This document shows, piece after piece, positions 13,024 through 28,000 of a stretch of DNA of 64,000 nucleotides; positions within the stretch are counted from its first letter, which is position 1; each line of letters starts with the position of its first letter. The translations under genes were made by a program, and so were the position numbers. Under the pieces are notes generated by a model. The model was not told the origin of the DNA. It saw nothing but the letters and a program-made list of their open reading frames with translations, and searched no databases. The stretch comes from Auanema rhodensis. Lineage: Eukaryota > Animalia > Nematoda. Location of the stretch: the NCBI GenBank assembly GCA_964057225.1, contig OZ059900.1:18910001-18974000 (forward strand). Reading direction: 5' to 3'.

Positions 13024-16000
13024 TTAGAAAATTAAGGAAATTAGCATATTCTGAGGGCACGCCCCTTATGGCTAATATTGATTAAATCGATTTTTGTTCA
13101 TATGAGTCGTCAAATGCAACGAATTTCAGCGTGTTACATACTAAAATGAAGCATTTTACATGCTGAACACTAGAAAAATACAAAAACACAGTATTTCCCA
13201 TGAGAAATATTTTATTATGCTGGAAAACCAGTTTTTGGAAATTTCGCTGTAAACAAGGTTTTGACTTACGATTTCATGTGTTCAAACTCATGCAATGTCA
13301 ATGAAACCTAGCTCAAAATTGTTTGTACAACGTCTAGTTCCACTTTCACGACAAAAAAACAGGGGTTAGAAAATTAAGGAAATTAGCATATTCTGAGGGC
13401 ACGCCCCTTATGGCTAATATTGATTAAATCGATTTTTGTTCATATGAGTCGTCAAATGCAACGAATTTCAGCGTGTTACATACTAAAATGAAGCATTTTA
13501 CATGCTGAACACTAGAAAAATACAAAAACACAGTATTTCCCATGAGAAATATTTTATTATGCTGGAAAACCAGTTTTTGGAAATTTCGCTGTAAACAAGG
13601 TTTTGACTTACGATTTCATGTGTTCAAACTCATGCAATGTCAATGAAACCTAGCTCAAAATTGTTTGTACAACGTCTAGTTCCACTTTCACGACAAAAAA
13701 ACAGGGGTTAGAAAATTAAGGAAATTAGCATATTCTGAGGGCACGCCCCTTATGGCTAATATTGATTAAATCGATTTTTGTTCATATGAGTCGTCAAATG
13801 CAACGAATTTCAGCGTGTTACATACTAAAATGAAGCATTTTACATGCTGAACACTAGAAAAATACAAAAACACAGTATTTCCCATGAGAAATATTTTATT
13901 ATGCTGAAAAACCAGTTTTTGGAAATTTCGCTGTAAACAAGGTTTGACTTACGATTTCATGTGTTCAAACTCATGCAATGTCAATGAAACCTAGCTCAAA
14001 ATTGTTCGTACAACGTCTAGTTCCACTTTCACGACAAAAAAACAGGGGTTAGAAAATTAAGGAAATTAGCATATTCTGAGGGCACGCCCCTTATTGCTAA
14101 TATTGATTAAATCGATTTTTGTTCATATGAGTCGTCAAATGCAACGAATTTCAGCGTGTTACATACTAAAATGAAGCATTTTACATGCTGAACACTAGAA
14201 AAATACAAAAACACAGTATTTCCCATGAAAAATATTTTATTATGCTGGAAAACCAGTTTTTGGAAATTTCGCTGTAAACAAGGTTTTGACTTACGATTTC
14301 ATGTGTTCAAACTCATGCAATGTCAATGAAACCTAGCTCAAAATTGTTCGTACAACGTCTAGTTCCACTTTCACGACAAAAAAACAGGGGTTAGAAAATT
14401 AAGGAAATTAGCATATTCTGAGGGCACGCCCCTTATGGCTAATATTGATTAAATCGATTTTTGTTCATATGAGTCGTCAAATGCAACGAATTTCAGCGTG
14501 TTACATACTAAAATGAAGCATTTTACATGCTGAACACTAGAAAAATACAAAAACACAGTATTTCCCATGAGAAATATTTTATTATGCTGGAAAACCAGTT
14601 TTTGGAAATTTCGCTGTAAACAAGGTTTTGACTTACGATTTCATGTGTTCAAACTCATGCAATGTCAATGAAACTTAGCTCAAAATTGTTCGTACAACGT
14701 CTAGTTCCACTTTCACGACAAAAAAACAGGGGTTAGAAAATTAAGGAAATTAGCATATTCTGAGGGCACGCCCCTTATGGCTAATATTGATTAAATCGAT
14801 TTTTGTTCATATGAGTCGTCAAATGCAACGAATTTCAGCGTGTTACATACTAAAATGAAGCATTTTACATGCTGAACACTAGAAAAATACAAAAACACAG
14901 TATTTCCCATGAGAAATATTTTATTATGCTGGAAAACCAGTTTTTGGAAATTTCGCTGTAAACAAGGTTTTGACTTACGATTTCATGTGTTCAAACTCAT
15001 GCAATGTCAATGAAACTTAGCTCAAAATTGTTCGTACAACGTCTAGTTCCACTTTCACGACAAAAAAACAGGGGTTAGAAAATTAAGGAAATTAGCATAT
15101 TCTGAGGGCACGCCCCTTATGGCTAATATTGATTAAATCGATTTTTGTTCATATGAGTCGTCAAATGCAACGAATTTCAGCGTGTTACATACTAAAATGA
15201 AGCATTTTACATGCTGAACACTAGAAAAATACAAAAACACAGTATTTCCCATGAGAAATATTTTATTATGCTGGAAAACCAGTTTTTGGAAATTTCGCTG
15301 TAAACAAGGTTTTGACTTACGATTTCATGTGTTCAAACTCATGCAATGTCAATGAAACCTAGCTCAAAATTGTTTGTACAACGTCTAGTTCCACTTTCAC
15401 GACAAAAAAACAGGGGTTAGAAAATTAAGGAAATTAGCATATTCTGAGGGCACGCCCCTTATGGCTAATATTGATTAAATCGATTTTTGTTCATATGAGT
15501 CGTCAAATGCAACGAATTTCAGCGTGTTACATACTAAAATGAAGCATTTTACATGCTGAACACTAGAAAAATACAAAAACACAGTATTTCCCATGAGAAA
15601 TATTTTATTATGCTGAAAAACCAGTTTTTGGAAATTTCGCTGTAAACAAGGTTTGACTTACGATTTCATGTGTTCAAACTCATGCAATGTCAATGAAACC
15701 TAGCTCAAAATTGTTCGTACAACGTCTAGTTCCACTTTCACGACAAAAAAACAGGGGTTAGAAAATTAAGGAAATTAGCATATTCTGAGGGCACGCCCCT
15801 TATTGCTAATATTGATTAAATCGATTTTTGTTCATATGAGTCGTCAAATGCAACGAATTTCAGCGTGTTACATACTAAAATGAAGCATTTTACATGCTGA
15901 ACACTAGAAAAATACAAAAACACAGTATTTCCCATGAAAAATATTTTATTATGCTGGAAAACCAGTTTTTGGAAATTTCGCTGTAAACAAGGTTTTGACT

Positions 16001-19000
16001 TACGATTTCATGTGTTCAAACTCATGCAATGTCAATGAAACCTAGCTCAAAATTGTTCGTACAACGTCTAGTTCCACTTTCACGACAAAAAAACAGGGGT
16101 TAGAAAATTAAGGAAATTAGCATATTCTGAGGGCACGCCCCTTATGGCTAATATTGATTAAATCGATTTTTGTTCATATGAGTCGTCAAATGCAACGAAT
16201 TTCAGCGTGTTACATACTAAAATGAAGCATTTTACATGCTGAACACTAGAAAAATACAAAAACACAGTATTTCCCATGAGAAATATTTTATTATGCTGGA
16301 AAACCAGTTTTTGGAAATTTCGCTGTAAACAAGGTTTTGACTTACGATTTCATGTGTTCAAACTCATGCAATGTCAATGAAACTTAGCTCAAAATTGTTC
16401 GTACAACGTCTAGTTCCACTTTCACGACAAAAAAACAGGGGTTAGAAAATTAAGGAAATTAGCATATTCTGAGGGCACGCCCCTTATGGCTAATATTGAT
16501 TAAATCGATTTTTGTTCATATGAGTCGTCAAATGCAACGAATTTCAGCGTGTTACATACTAAAATGAAGCATTTTACATGCTGAACACTAGAAAAATACA
16601 AAAACACAGTATTTCCCATGAGAAATATTTTATTATGCTGGAAAACCAGTTTTTGGAAATTTCGCTGTAAACAAGGTTTTGACTTACGATTTCATGTGTT
16701 CAAACTCATGCAATGTCAATGAAACTTAGCTCAAAATTGTTCGTACAACGTCTAGTTCCACTTTCACGACAAAAAAACAGGGGTTAGAAAATTAAGGAAA
16801 TTAGCATATTCTGAGGGCACGCCCCTTATGGCTAATATTGATTAAATCGATTTTTGTTCATATGAGTCGTCAAATGCAACGAATTTCAGCGTGTTACATA
16901 CTTAAATGAAGCATTTTACATGCTGAACACTAGAAAAATACAAAAACACAGTATTTCCCATGAGAAATATTTTATTATGCTGAAAAACCAGTTTTTGGAA
17001 ATTTCGCTGTAAACAAGGTTTGACTTACGATTTCATGTGTTCAAACTCATGCAATGTCAATGAAACCTAGCTCAAAATTGTTCGTACAACGTCTAGTTCC
17101 ACTTTCACGACAAAAAAACAGGGGTTAGAAAATTAAGGAAATTAGCATATTCTGAGGGCACGCCCCTTATTGCTAATATTGATTAAATCGATTTTTGTTC
17201 ATATGAGTCGTCAAATGCAACGAATTTCAGCGTGTTACATACTAAAATGAAGCATTTTACATGCTGAACACTAGAAAAATACAAAAACACAGTATTTCCC
17301 ATGAAAAATATTTTATTATGCTGGAAAACCAGTTTTTGGAAATTTCGCTGTAAACAAGGTTTTGACTTACGATTTCATGTGTTCAAACTCATGCAATGTC
17401 AATGAAACCTAGCTCAAAATTGTTCGTACAACGTCTAGTTCCACTTTCACGACAAAAAAACAGGGGTTAGAAAATTAAGGAAATTAGCATATTCTGAGGG
17501 CACGCCCCTTATGGCTAATATTGATTAAATCGATTTTTGTTCATATGAGTCGTCAAATGCAACGAATTTCAGCGTGTTACATACTTAAATGAAGCATTTT
17601 ACATGCTGAACACTAGAAAAATACAAAAACACAGTATTTCCCATGAGAAATATTTTATTATGCTGAAAAACCAGTTTTTGGAAATTTCGCTGTAAACAAG
17701 GTTTGACTTACGATTTCATGTGTTCAAACTCATGCAATGTCAATGAAACCTAGCTCAAAATTGTTCGTACAACGTCTAGTTCCACTTTCACGACAAAAAA
17801 ACAGGGGTTAGAAAATTAAGGAAATTAGCATATTCTGAGGGCACGCCCCTTATTGCTAATATTGATTAAATCGATTTTTGTTCATATGAGTCGTCAAATG
17901 CAACGAATTTCAGCGTGTTACATACTAAAATGAAGCATTTTACATGCTGAACACTAGAAAAATACAAAAACACAGTATTTCCCATGAAAAATATTTTATT
18001 ATGCTGGAAAACCAGTTTTTGGAAATTTCGCTGTAAACAAGGTTTTGACTTACGATTTCATGTGTTCAAACTCATGCAATGTCAATGAAACCTAGCTCAA
18101 AATTGTTCGTACAACGTCTAGTTCCACTTTCACGACAAAAAAACAGGGGTTAGAAAATTAAGGAAATTAGCATATTCTGAGGGCACGCCCCTTATGGCTA
18201 ATATTGATTAAATCGATTTTTGTTCATATGAGTCGTCAAATGCAACGAATTTCAGCGTGTTACATACTAAAATGAAGCATTTTACATGCTGAACACTAGA
18301 AAAATACAAAAACACAGTATTTCCCATGAGAAATATTTTATTATGCTGGAAAACCAGTTTTTGGAAATTTCGCTGTAAACAAGGTTTTGACTTACGATTT
18401 CATGTGTTCAAACTCATGCAATGTCAATGAAACTTAGCTCAAAATTGTTCGTACAACGTCTAGTTCCACTTTCACGACAAAAAAACAGGGGTTAGAAAAT
18501 TAAGGAAATTAGCATATTCTGAGGGCACGCCCCTTATGGCTAATATTGATTAAATCGATTTTTGTTCATATGAGTCGTCAAATGCAACGAATTTCAGCGT
18601 GTTACATACTAAAATGAAGCATTTCACATGCTGAACACTAGAAAAATACAAAAACACAGTATTTCCCATGAGAAATATTTTATTATGCTGGAAAACCAGT
18701 TTTTGGAAATTTCGCTGTAAACAAGGTTTTGACTTACGATTTCATGTGTTCAAACTCATGCAATGTCAATGAAACCTAGCTCAAAATTGTTCGTACAACG
18801 TCTAGTTCCACTTTCACGACAAAAAAACAGGGGTTAGAAAATTAAGGAAATTAGCATATTCTGAGGGCACGCCCCTTATGGCTAATATTGATTAAATCGA
18901 TTTTTGTTCATATGAGTCGTCAAATGCAACGAATTTCAGCGTGTTACATACTTAAATGAAGCATTTTACATGCTGAACACTAGAAAAATACAAAAACACA

Positions 19001-22000
19001 GTATTTCCCATGAGAAATATTTTATTATGCTGAAAAACCAGTTTTTGGAAATTTCGCTGTAAACAAGGTTTGACTTACGATTTCATGTGTTCAAACTCAT
19101 GCAATGTCAATGAAACCTAGCTCAAAATTGTTCGTACAACGTCTAGTTCCACTTTCACGACAAAAAAACAGGGGTTAGAAAATTAAGGAAATTAGCATAT
19201 TCTGAGGGCACGCCCCTTATTGCTAATATTGATTAAATCGATTTTTGTTCATATGAGTCGTCAAATGCAACGAATTTCAGCGTGTTACATACTAAAATGA
19301 AGCATTTTACATGCTGAACACTAGAAAAATACAAAAACACAGTATTTCCCATGAAAAATATTTTATTATGCTGGAAAACCAGTTTTTGGAAATTTCGCTG
19401 TAAACAAGGTTTTGACTTACGATTTCATGTGTTCAAACTCATGCAATGTCAATGAAACCTAGCTCAAAATTGTTCGTACAACGTCTAGTTCCACTTTCAC
19501 GACAAAAAAACAGGGGTTAGAAAATTAAGGAAATTAGCATATTCTGAGGGCACGCCCCTTATGGCTAATATTGATTAAATCGATTTTTGTTCATATGAGT
19601 CGTCAAATGCAACGAATTTCAGCGTGTTACATACTAAAATGAAGCATTTTACATGCTGAACACTAGAAAAATACAAAAACACAGTATTTCCCATGAGAAA
19701 TATTTTATTATGCTGGAAAACCAGTTTTTGGAAATTTCGCTGTAAACAAGGTTTTGACTTACGATTTCATGTGTTCAAACTCATGCAATGTCAATGAAAC
19801 TTAGCTCAAAATTGTTCGTACAACGTCTAGTTCCACTTTCACGACAAAAAAACAGGGGTTAGAAAATTAAGGAAATTAGCATATTCTGAGGGCACGCCCC
19901 TTATGGCTAATATTGATTAAATCGATTTTTGTTCATATGAGTCGTCAAATGCAACGAATTTCAGCGTGTTACATACTAAAATGAAGCATTTTACATGCTG
20001 AACACTAGAAAAATACAAAAACACAGTATTTCCCATGAGAAATATTTTATTATGCTGGAAAACCAGTTTTTGGAAATTTCGCTGTAAACAAGGTTTTGAC
20101 TTACGATTTCATGTGTTCAAACTCATGCAATGTCAATGAAACCTAGCTCAAAATTGTTTGTACAACGTCTAGTTCCACTTTCACGACAAAAAAACAGGGG
20201 TTAGAAAATTAAGGAAATTAGCATATTCTGAGGGCACGCCCCTTATGGCTAATATTGATTAAATCGATTTTTGTTCATATGAGTCGTCAAATGCAACGAA
20301 TTTCAGCGTGTTACATACTAAAATGAAGCATTTTACATGCTGAACACTAGAAAAATACAAAAACACAGTATTTCCCATGAGAAATATTTTATTATGCTGG
20401 AAAACCAGTTTTTGGAAATTTCGCTGTAAACAAGGTTTTGACTTACGATTTCATGTGTTCAAACTCATGCAATGTCAATGAAACTTAGCTCAAAATTGTT
20501 CGTACAACGTCTAGTTCCACTTTCACGACAAAAAAACAAGGGTTAGAAAATTAAGGAAATTAGCATATTCTGAGGGCACGCCCCTTATGGCTAATATTGA
20601 TTAAATCGATTTTTGTTCATATGAGTCGTCAAATGCAACGAATTTCAGCGTGTTACATACTAAAATGAAGCATTTTACATGCTGAACACTAGAAAAATAC
20701 AAAAACACAGTATTTCCCATGAGAAATATTTTATTATGCTGGAAAACCAGTTTTTGGAAATTTCGCTGTAAACAAGGTTTTGACTTACGATTTCATGTGT
20801 TCAAACTCATGCAATGTCAATGAAACCTAGCTCAAAATTGTTTGTACAACGTCTAGTTCCACTTTCACGACAAAAAAACAGGGGTTAGAAAATTAAGGAA
20901 ATTAGCATATTCTGAGGGCACGCCCCTTATGGCTAATATTGATTAAATCGATTTTTGTTCATATGAGTCGTCAAATGCAACGAATTTCAGCGTGTTACAT
21001 ACTAAAATGAAGCATTTTACATGCTGAACACTAGAAAAATACAAAAACACAGTATTTCCCATGAGAAATATTTTATTATGCTGGAAAACCAGTTTTTGGA
21101 AATTTCGCTGTAAACAAGGTTTTGACTTACGATTTCATGTGTTCAAACTCATGCAATGTCAATGAAACCTAGCTCAAAATTGTTCGTACAACGTCTAGTT
21201 CCACTTTCACGACAAAAAAACAGGGGTTAGAAAATTAAGGAAATTAGCATATTCTGAGGGCACGCCCCTTATGGCTAATATTGATTAAATCGATTTTTGT
21301 TCATATGAGTCGTCAAATGCAACGAATTTCAGCGTGTTACATACTAAAATGAAGCATTTTACATGCTGAACACTAGAAAAATACAAAAACACAGTATTTC
21401 CCATGAGAAATATTTTATTATGCTGGAAAACCAGTTTTTGGAAATTTCGCTGTAAACAAGGTTTTGACTTACGATTTCATGTGTTCAAACTCATGCAATG
21501 TCAATGAAACCTAGCTCAAAATTGTTTGTACAACGTCTAGTTCCACTTTCACGACAAAAAAACAGGGGTTAGAAAATTAAGGAAATTAGCATATTCTGAG
21601 GGCACGCCCCTTATGGCTAATATTGATTAAATCGATTTTTGTTCATATGAGTCGTCAAATGCAACGAATTTCAGCGTGTTACATACTAAAATGAAGCATT
21701 TTACATGCTGAACACTAGGAAAATACAAAAACACAGTATTTCCCATGAGAAATATTTTATTATGCTGGAAAACCAGTTTTTGGAAATTTCGCTGTAAACA
21801 AGGTTTTGACTTACGATTTCATGTGTTCAAACTCATGCAATGTCAATGAAACCTAGCTCAAAATTGTTTGTACAACGTCTAGTTCCACTTTCACGACAAA
21901 AAAACAGGGGTTAGAAAATTAAGGAAATTAGCATATTCTGAGGGCACGCCCCTTATGGCTAATATTGATTAAATCGATTTTTGTTCATATGAGTCGTCAA

Positions 22001-25000
22001 ATGCAACGAATTTCAGCGTGTTACATACTAAAATGAAGCATTTTACATGCTGAACACTAGGAAAATACAAAAACACAGTATTTCCCATGAGAAATATTTT
22101 ATTATGCTGGAAAACCAGTTTTTGGAAATTTCGCTGTAAACAAGGTTTTGACTTACGATTTCATGTGTTCAAACTCATGCAATGTCAATGAAACCTAGCT
22201 CAAAATTGTTCGTACAACGTCTAGTTCCACTTTCACGACAAAAAAACAGGGGTTAGAAAATTAAGGAAATTAGCATATTCTGAGGGCACGCCCCTTATGG
22301 CTAATATTGATTAAATCGATTTTTGTTCATATGAGTCGTCAAATGCAACGAATTTCAGCGTGTTACATACTAAAATGAAGCATTTTACATGCTGAACACT
22401 AGGAAAATACAAAAACACAGTATTTCCCATGAGAAATATTTTATTATGCTGGAAAACCAGTTTTTGGAAATTTCGCTGTAAACAAGGTTTTGACTTACGA
22501 TTTCATGTGTTCAAACTCATGCAATGTCAATGAAACCTAGCTCAAAATTGTTCGTACAACGTCTAGTTCCACTTTCACGACAAAAAAACAGGGGTTAGAA
22601 AATTAAGGAAATTAGCATATTCTGAGGGCACGCCCCTTATGGCTAATATTGATTAAATCGATTTTTGTTCATATGAGTCGTCAAATGCAACGAATTTCTG
22701 CATGTTACATACTAAAATGAAGCATTTTACATGCTGAACACAAGAAAAAAACAAAAACACAGTATTTCCCATGAGAAATATTTTATTATGCTGGAAAACC
22801 AGTTTTTGGAAATTTCGCTGTAAACAAGGTTTTGACTTACGATTTCATGTGTTCAAACTCATGCAATGTCAATGAAACTTAGCTCAAAATTGTTCGTACA
22901 ACGTCTAGTTCCACTTTCACGACAAAAAAACAGGGGTTAGAAAATTAAGGAAATTAGCATATTCTGAGGGCACGCCCCTTATGGCTAATATTGATTAAAT
23001 CGATTTTTGTTCATATGAGTCGTCAAATGCAACGAATTTCAGCGTGTTACATACTAAAATGAAGCATTTTACATGCTGAACACTAGAAAAATACAAAAAC
23101 ACAGTATTTCCCATGAGAAATATTTTATTATGCTGGAAAACCAGTTTTTGGAAATTTCGCTGTAAACAAGGTTTTGACTTACGATTTCATGTGTTCAAAC
23201 TCATGCAATGTCAATGAAACCTAGCTCAAAATTGTTTGTACAACGTCTAGTTCCACTTTCACGACAAAAAAACAGGGGTTAGAAAATTAAGGAAATTAGC
23301 ATATTCTGAGGGCACGCCCCTTATGGCTAATATTGATTAAATCGATTTTTGTTCATATGAGTCGTCAAATGCAACGAATTACAGCGTGTTACATACTAAA
23401 ATGAAGCATTTTACATGCTGAACACTAGAAAAATACAAAAACACAGTATTTCCCATGAGAAATATTTTATTATGCTGGAAAACCAGTTTTTGGAAATTTC
23501 GCTGTAAACAAGGTTTTGACTTACGATTTCATGTGTTCAAACTCATGCAATGTCAATGAAACCTAGCTCAAAATTGTTCGTACAACGTCTAGTTCCACTT
23601 TCACGACAAAAAAACAGGGGTTAGAAAATTAAGGAAATTAGCATATTCTGAGGGCACGCCCCTTATGGCTAATATTGATTAAATCGATTTTTGTTCATAT
23701 GAGTCGTCAAATGCAACGAATTTCAGCGTGTTACATACTAAAATGAAGCATTTTACATGCTGAACACTAGAAAAATACAAAAACACAGTATTTCCCATGA
23801 GAAATATTTTATTATGCTGGAAAACCAGTTTTTGGAAATTTCGCTGTAAACAAGGTTTTGACTTACGATTTCATGTGTTCAAACTCATGCAATGTCAATG
23901 AAACCTAGCTCAAAATTGTTCGTACAACGTCTAGTTCCACTTTCACGACAAAAAAACAGGGGTTAGAAAATTAAGGAAATTAGCATATTCTGAGGGCACG
24001 CCCCTTATGGCTAATATTCATTAAATCGATTTTTGTTCATATGAGTCGTCAAATGCAACGAATTTCTGCATGTTACATACTAAAATGAAGCATTTCACAT
24101 GCTGAACACTAGAAAAAAACAAAAACACAGTATTTCCCATGAGAAATATTTTATTATGCTGGAAAACCAGTTTTTGGAAATTTCGCTGTAAACAAGGTTT
24201 TGACTTACGATTTCATGTGTTCAAACTCATGCAATGTCAATGAAACTTAGCTCAAAATTGTTCGTACAACGTCTAGTTCCACTTTCACGACAAAAAAACA
24301 GGGGTTAGAAAATTAAGGAAATTAGCATATTCTGAGGGCACGCCCCTTATGGCTAATATTGATTAAATCGATTTTTGTTCATATGAGTCGTCAAATGCAA
24401 CGAATTTCAGCGTGTTACATACTAAAATGAAGCATTTTACATGCTGAACACTAGAAAAATACAAAAACACAGTATTTCCCATGAGAAATATTTTATTATG
24501 CTGGAAAACCAGTTTTTGGAAATTTCGCTGTAAACAAGGTTTTGACTTACGATTTCATGTGTTCAAACTCATGCAATGTCAATGAAACTTAGCTCAAAAT
24601 TGTTCGTACAACGTCTAGTTCCACTTTCACGACAAAAAAACAAGGGTTAGAAAATTAAGGAAATTAGCATATTCTGAGGGCACGCCCCTTATGGCTAATA
24701 TTGATTAAATCGATTTTTGTTCATATGAGTCGTCAAATGCAACGAATTTCAGCGTGTTACATACTAAAATGAAGCATTTTACATGCTGAACACTAGAAAA
24801 ATACAAAAACACAGTATTTCCCATGAGAAATATTTTATTATGCTGGAAAACCAGTTTTTGGAAATTTCGCTGTAAACAAGGTTTTGACTTACGATTTCAT
24901 GTGTTCAAACTCATGCAATGTCAATGAAACCTAGCTCAAAATTGTTTGTACAACGTCTAGTTCCACTTTCACGACAAAAAAACAGGGGTTAGAAAATTAA

Positions 25001-28000
25001 GGAAATTAGCATATTCTGAGGGCACGCCCCTTATGGCTAATATTGATTAAATCGATTTTTGTTCATATGAGTCGTCAAATGCAACGAATTTCAGCGTGTT
25101 ACATACTAAAATGAAGCATTTTACATGCTGAACACTAGAAAAATACAAAAACACAGTATTTCCCATGAGAAATATTTTATTATGCTGGAAAACCAGTTTT
25201 TGGAAATTTCGCTGTAAACAAGGTTTTGACTTACGATTTCATGTGTTCAAACTCATGCAATGTCAATGAAACCTAGCTCAAAATTGTTCGTACAACGTCT
25301 AGTTCCACTTTCACGACAAAAAAACAAGGGTTAGAAAATTAAGGAAATTAGCATATTCTGAGGGCACGCCCCTTATGGCTAATATTGATTAAATCGATTT
25401 TTGTTCATATGAGTCGTCAAATGCAACGAATTTCAGCGTGTTACATACTAAAATGAAGCATTTTACATGCTGAACACTAGAAAAATACAAAAACACAGTA
25501 TTTCCCATGAGAAATATTTTATTATGCTGGAAAACCAGTTTTTGGAAATTTCGCTGTAAACAAGGTTTTGACTTACGATTTCATGTGTTCAAACTCATGC
25601 AATGTCAATGAAACCTAGCTCAAAATTGTTTGTACAACGTCTAGTTCCACTTTCACGACAAAAAAACAGGGGTTAGAAAATTAAGGAAATTAGCATATTC
25701 TGAGGGCACGCCCCTTATGGCTAATATTGATTAAATCGATTTTTGTTCATATGAGTCGTCAAATGCAACGAATTTCAGCGTGTTACATACTAAAATGAAG
25801 CATTTTACATGCTGAACACTAGAAAAATACAAAAACACAGTATTTCCCATGAGAAATATTTTATTATGCTGGAAAACCAGTTTTGGGAAATTTCGCTGTA
25901 AACAAGGTTTTGACTTACGATTTCATGTGTTCAAACTCATGCAATGTCAATGAAACCTAGCTCAAAATTGTTCGTACAACGTCTAGTTCCACTTTCACGA
26001 CAAAAAAACAGGGGTTAGAAAATTAAGGAAATTAGCATATTCTGAGGGCACGCCCCTTATGGCTAATATTGATTAAATCGATTTTTGTTCATATGAGTCG
26101 TCAAATGCAACGAATTTCAGCGTGTTACATACTAAAATGAAGCATTTTACATGCTGAACACTAGAAAAATACAAAAACACAGTATTTCCCATGAGAAATA
26201 TTTTATTATGCTGGAAAACCAGTTTTTGGAAATTTCGCTGTAAACAAGGTTTTGACTTACGATTTCATGTGTTCAAACTCATGCAATGTCAATGAAACCT
26301 AGCTCAAAATTGTTTGTACAACGTCTAGTTCCATTTTCACGACAAAAAAACAGGGGTTAGAAAATTAAGGAAATTAGCATATTCTGAGGGCACGCCCCTT
26401 ATGGCTAATATTGATTAAATCGATTTTTGTTCATATGAGTCGTCAAATGCAACGAATTACAGCGTGTTACATACTAAAATGAAGCATTTTACATGCTGAA
26501 CACTAGAAAAATACAAAAACACAGTATTTCCCATGAGAAATATTTTATTATGCTGGAAAACCAGTTTTTGGAAATTTCGCTGTAAACAAGGTTTTGACTT
26601 ACGATTTCATGTGTTCAAACTCATGCAATGTCAATGAAACCTAGCTCAAAATTGTTCGTACAACGTCTAGTTCCACTTTCACGACAAAAAAACAGGGGTT
26701 AGAAAATTAAGGAAATTAGCATATTCTGAGGGCACGCCCCTTATGGCTAATATTGATTAAATCGATTTTTGTTCATATGAGTCGTCAAATGCAACGAATT
26801 TCAGCGTGTTACATACTAAAATGAAGCATTTTACATGCTGAACACTAGAAAAATACAAAAACACAGTATTTCCCATGAGAAATATTTTATTATGCTGGAA
26901 AACCAGTTTTTGGAAATTTCGCTGTAAACAAGGTTTTGACTTACGATTTCATGTGTTCAAACTCATGCAATGTCAATGAAACCTAGCTCAAAATTGTTCG
27001 TACAACGTCTAGTTCCACTTTCACGACAAAAAAACAGGGGTTAGAAAATTAAGGAAATTAGCATATTCTGAGGGCACGCCCCTTATGGCTAATATTGATT
27101 AAATCGATTTTTGTTCATATGAGTCGTCAAATGCAACGAATTTCTGCATGTTACATACTAAAATGAAGCATTTTACATGCTGAACACTAGAAAAAAACAA
27201 AAACACAGTATTTCCCATGAGAAATATTTTATTATGCTGGAAAACCAGTTTTTGGAAATTTCGCTGTAAACAAGGTTTTGACTTACGATTTCATGTGTTC
27301 AAACTCATGCAATGTCAATGAAACTTAGCTCAAAATTGTTCGTACAACGTCTAGTTCCACTTTCACGACAAAAAAACAGGGGTTAGAAAATTAAGGAAAT
27401 TAGCATATTCTGAGGGCACGCCCCTTATGGCTAATATTGATTAAATCGATTTTTGTTCATATGAGTCGTCAAATGCAACGAATTTCAGCGTGTTACATAC
27501 TAATATGAAGCATTTTACATGCTGAACACTAGAAAAATACAAAAACACAGTATTTCCCATGAGAAATATTTTATTATGCTGGAAAACCAGTTTTTGGAAA
27601 TTTCGCTGTAAACAAGGTTTTGACTTACGATTTCATGTGTTCAAACTCATGCAATGTCAATGAAACCTAGCTCAAAATTGTTCGTACAACGTCTAGTTCC
27701 ACTTTCACGACAAAAAAACAGGGGTTAGAAAATTAAGGAAATAAGCATATTCTGAGGGCACGCCCCTTATGGCTAATATTGATTAAATCGATTTTTGTTC
27801 ATATGAGTCGTCAAATGCAACGAATTTCAGCGTGTTACATACTAAAATGAAGCATTTTACATGCTGAACACTAGAACAATACAAAAACACAGTATTTCCC
27901 ATGAGAAATATTTTATTATGCTGGAAAACCAGTTTTTGGAAATTTCGATGTAAACAAGGTTTTCACTTACGATTTCATGTGTTCAAACTCATGCAATGTC

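Noticed and set aside
12806-13060. Two ORFs spanning the N run
   Set aside because: Artefacts of translating the 200-N gap.
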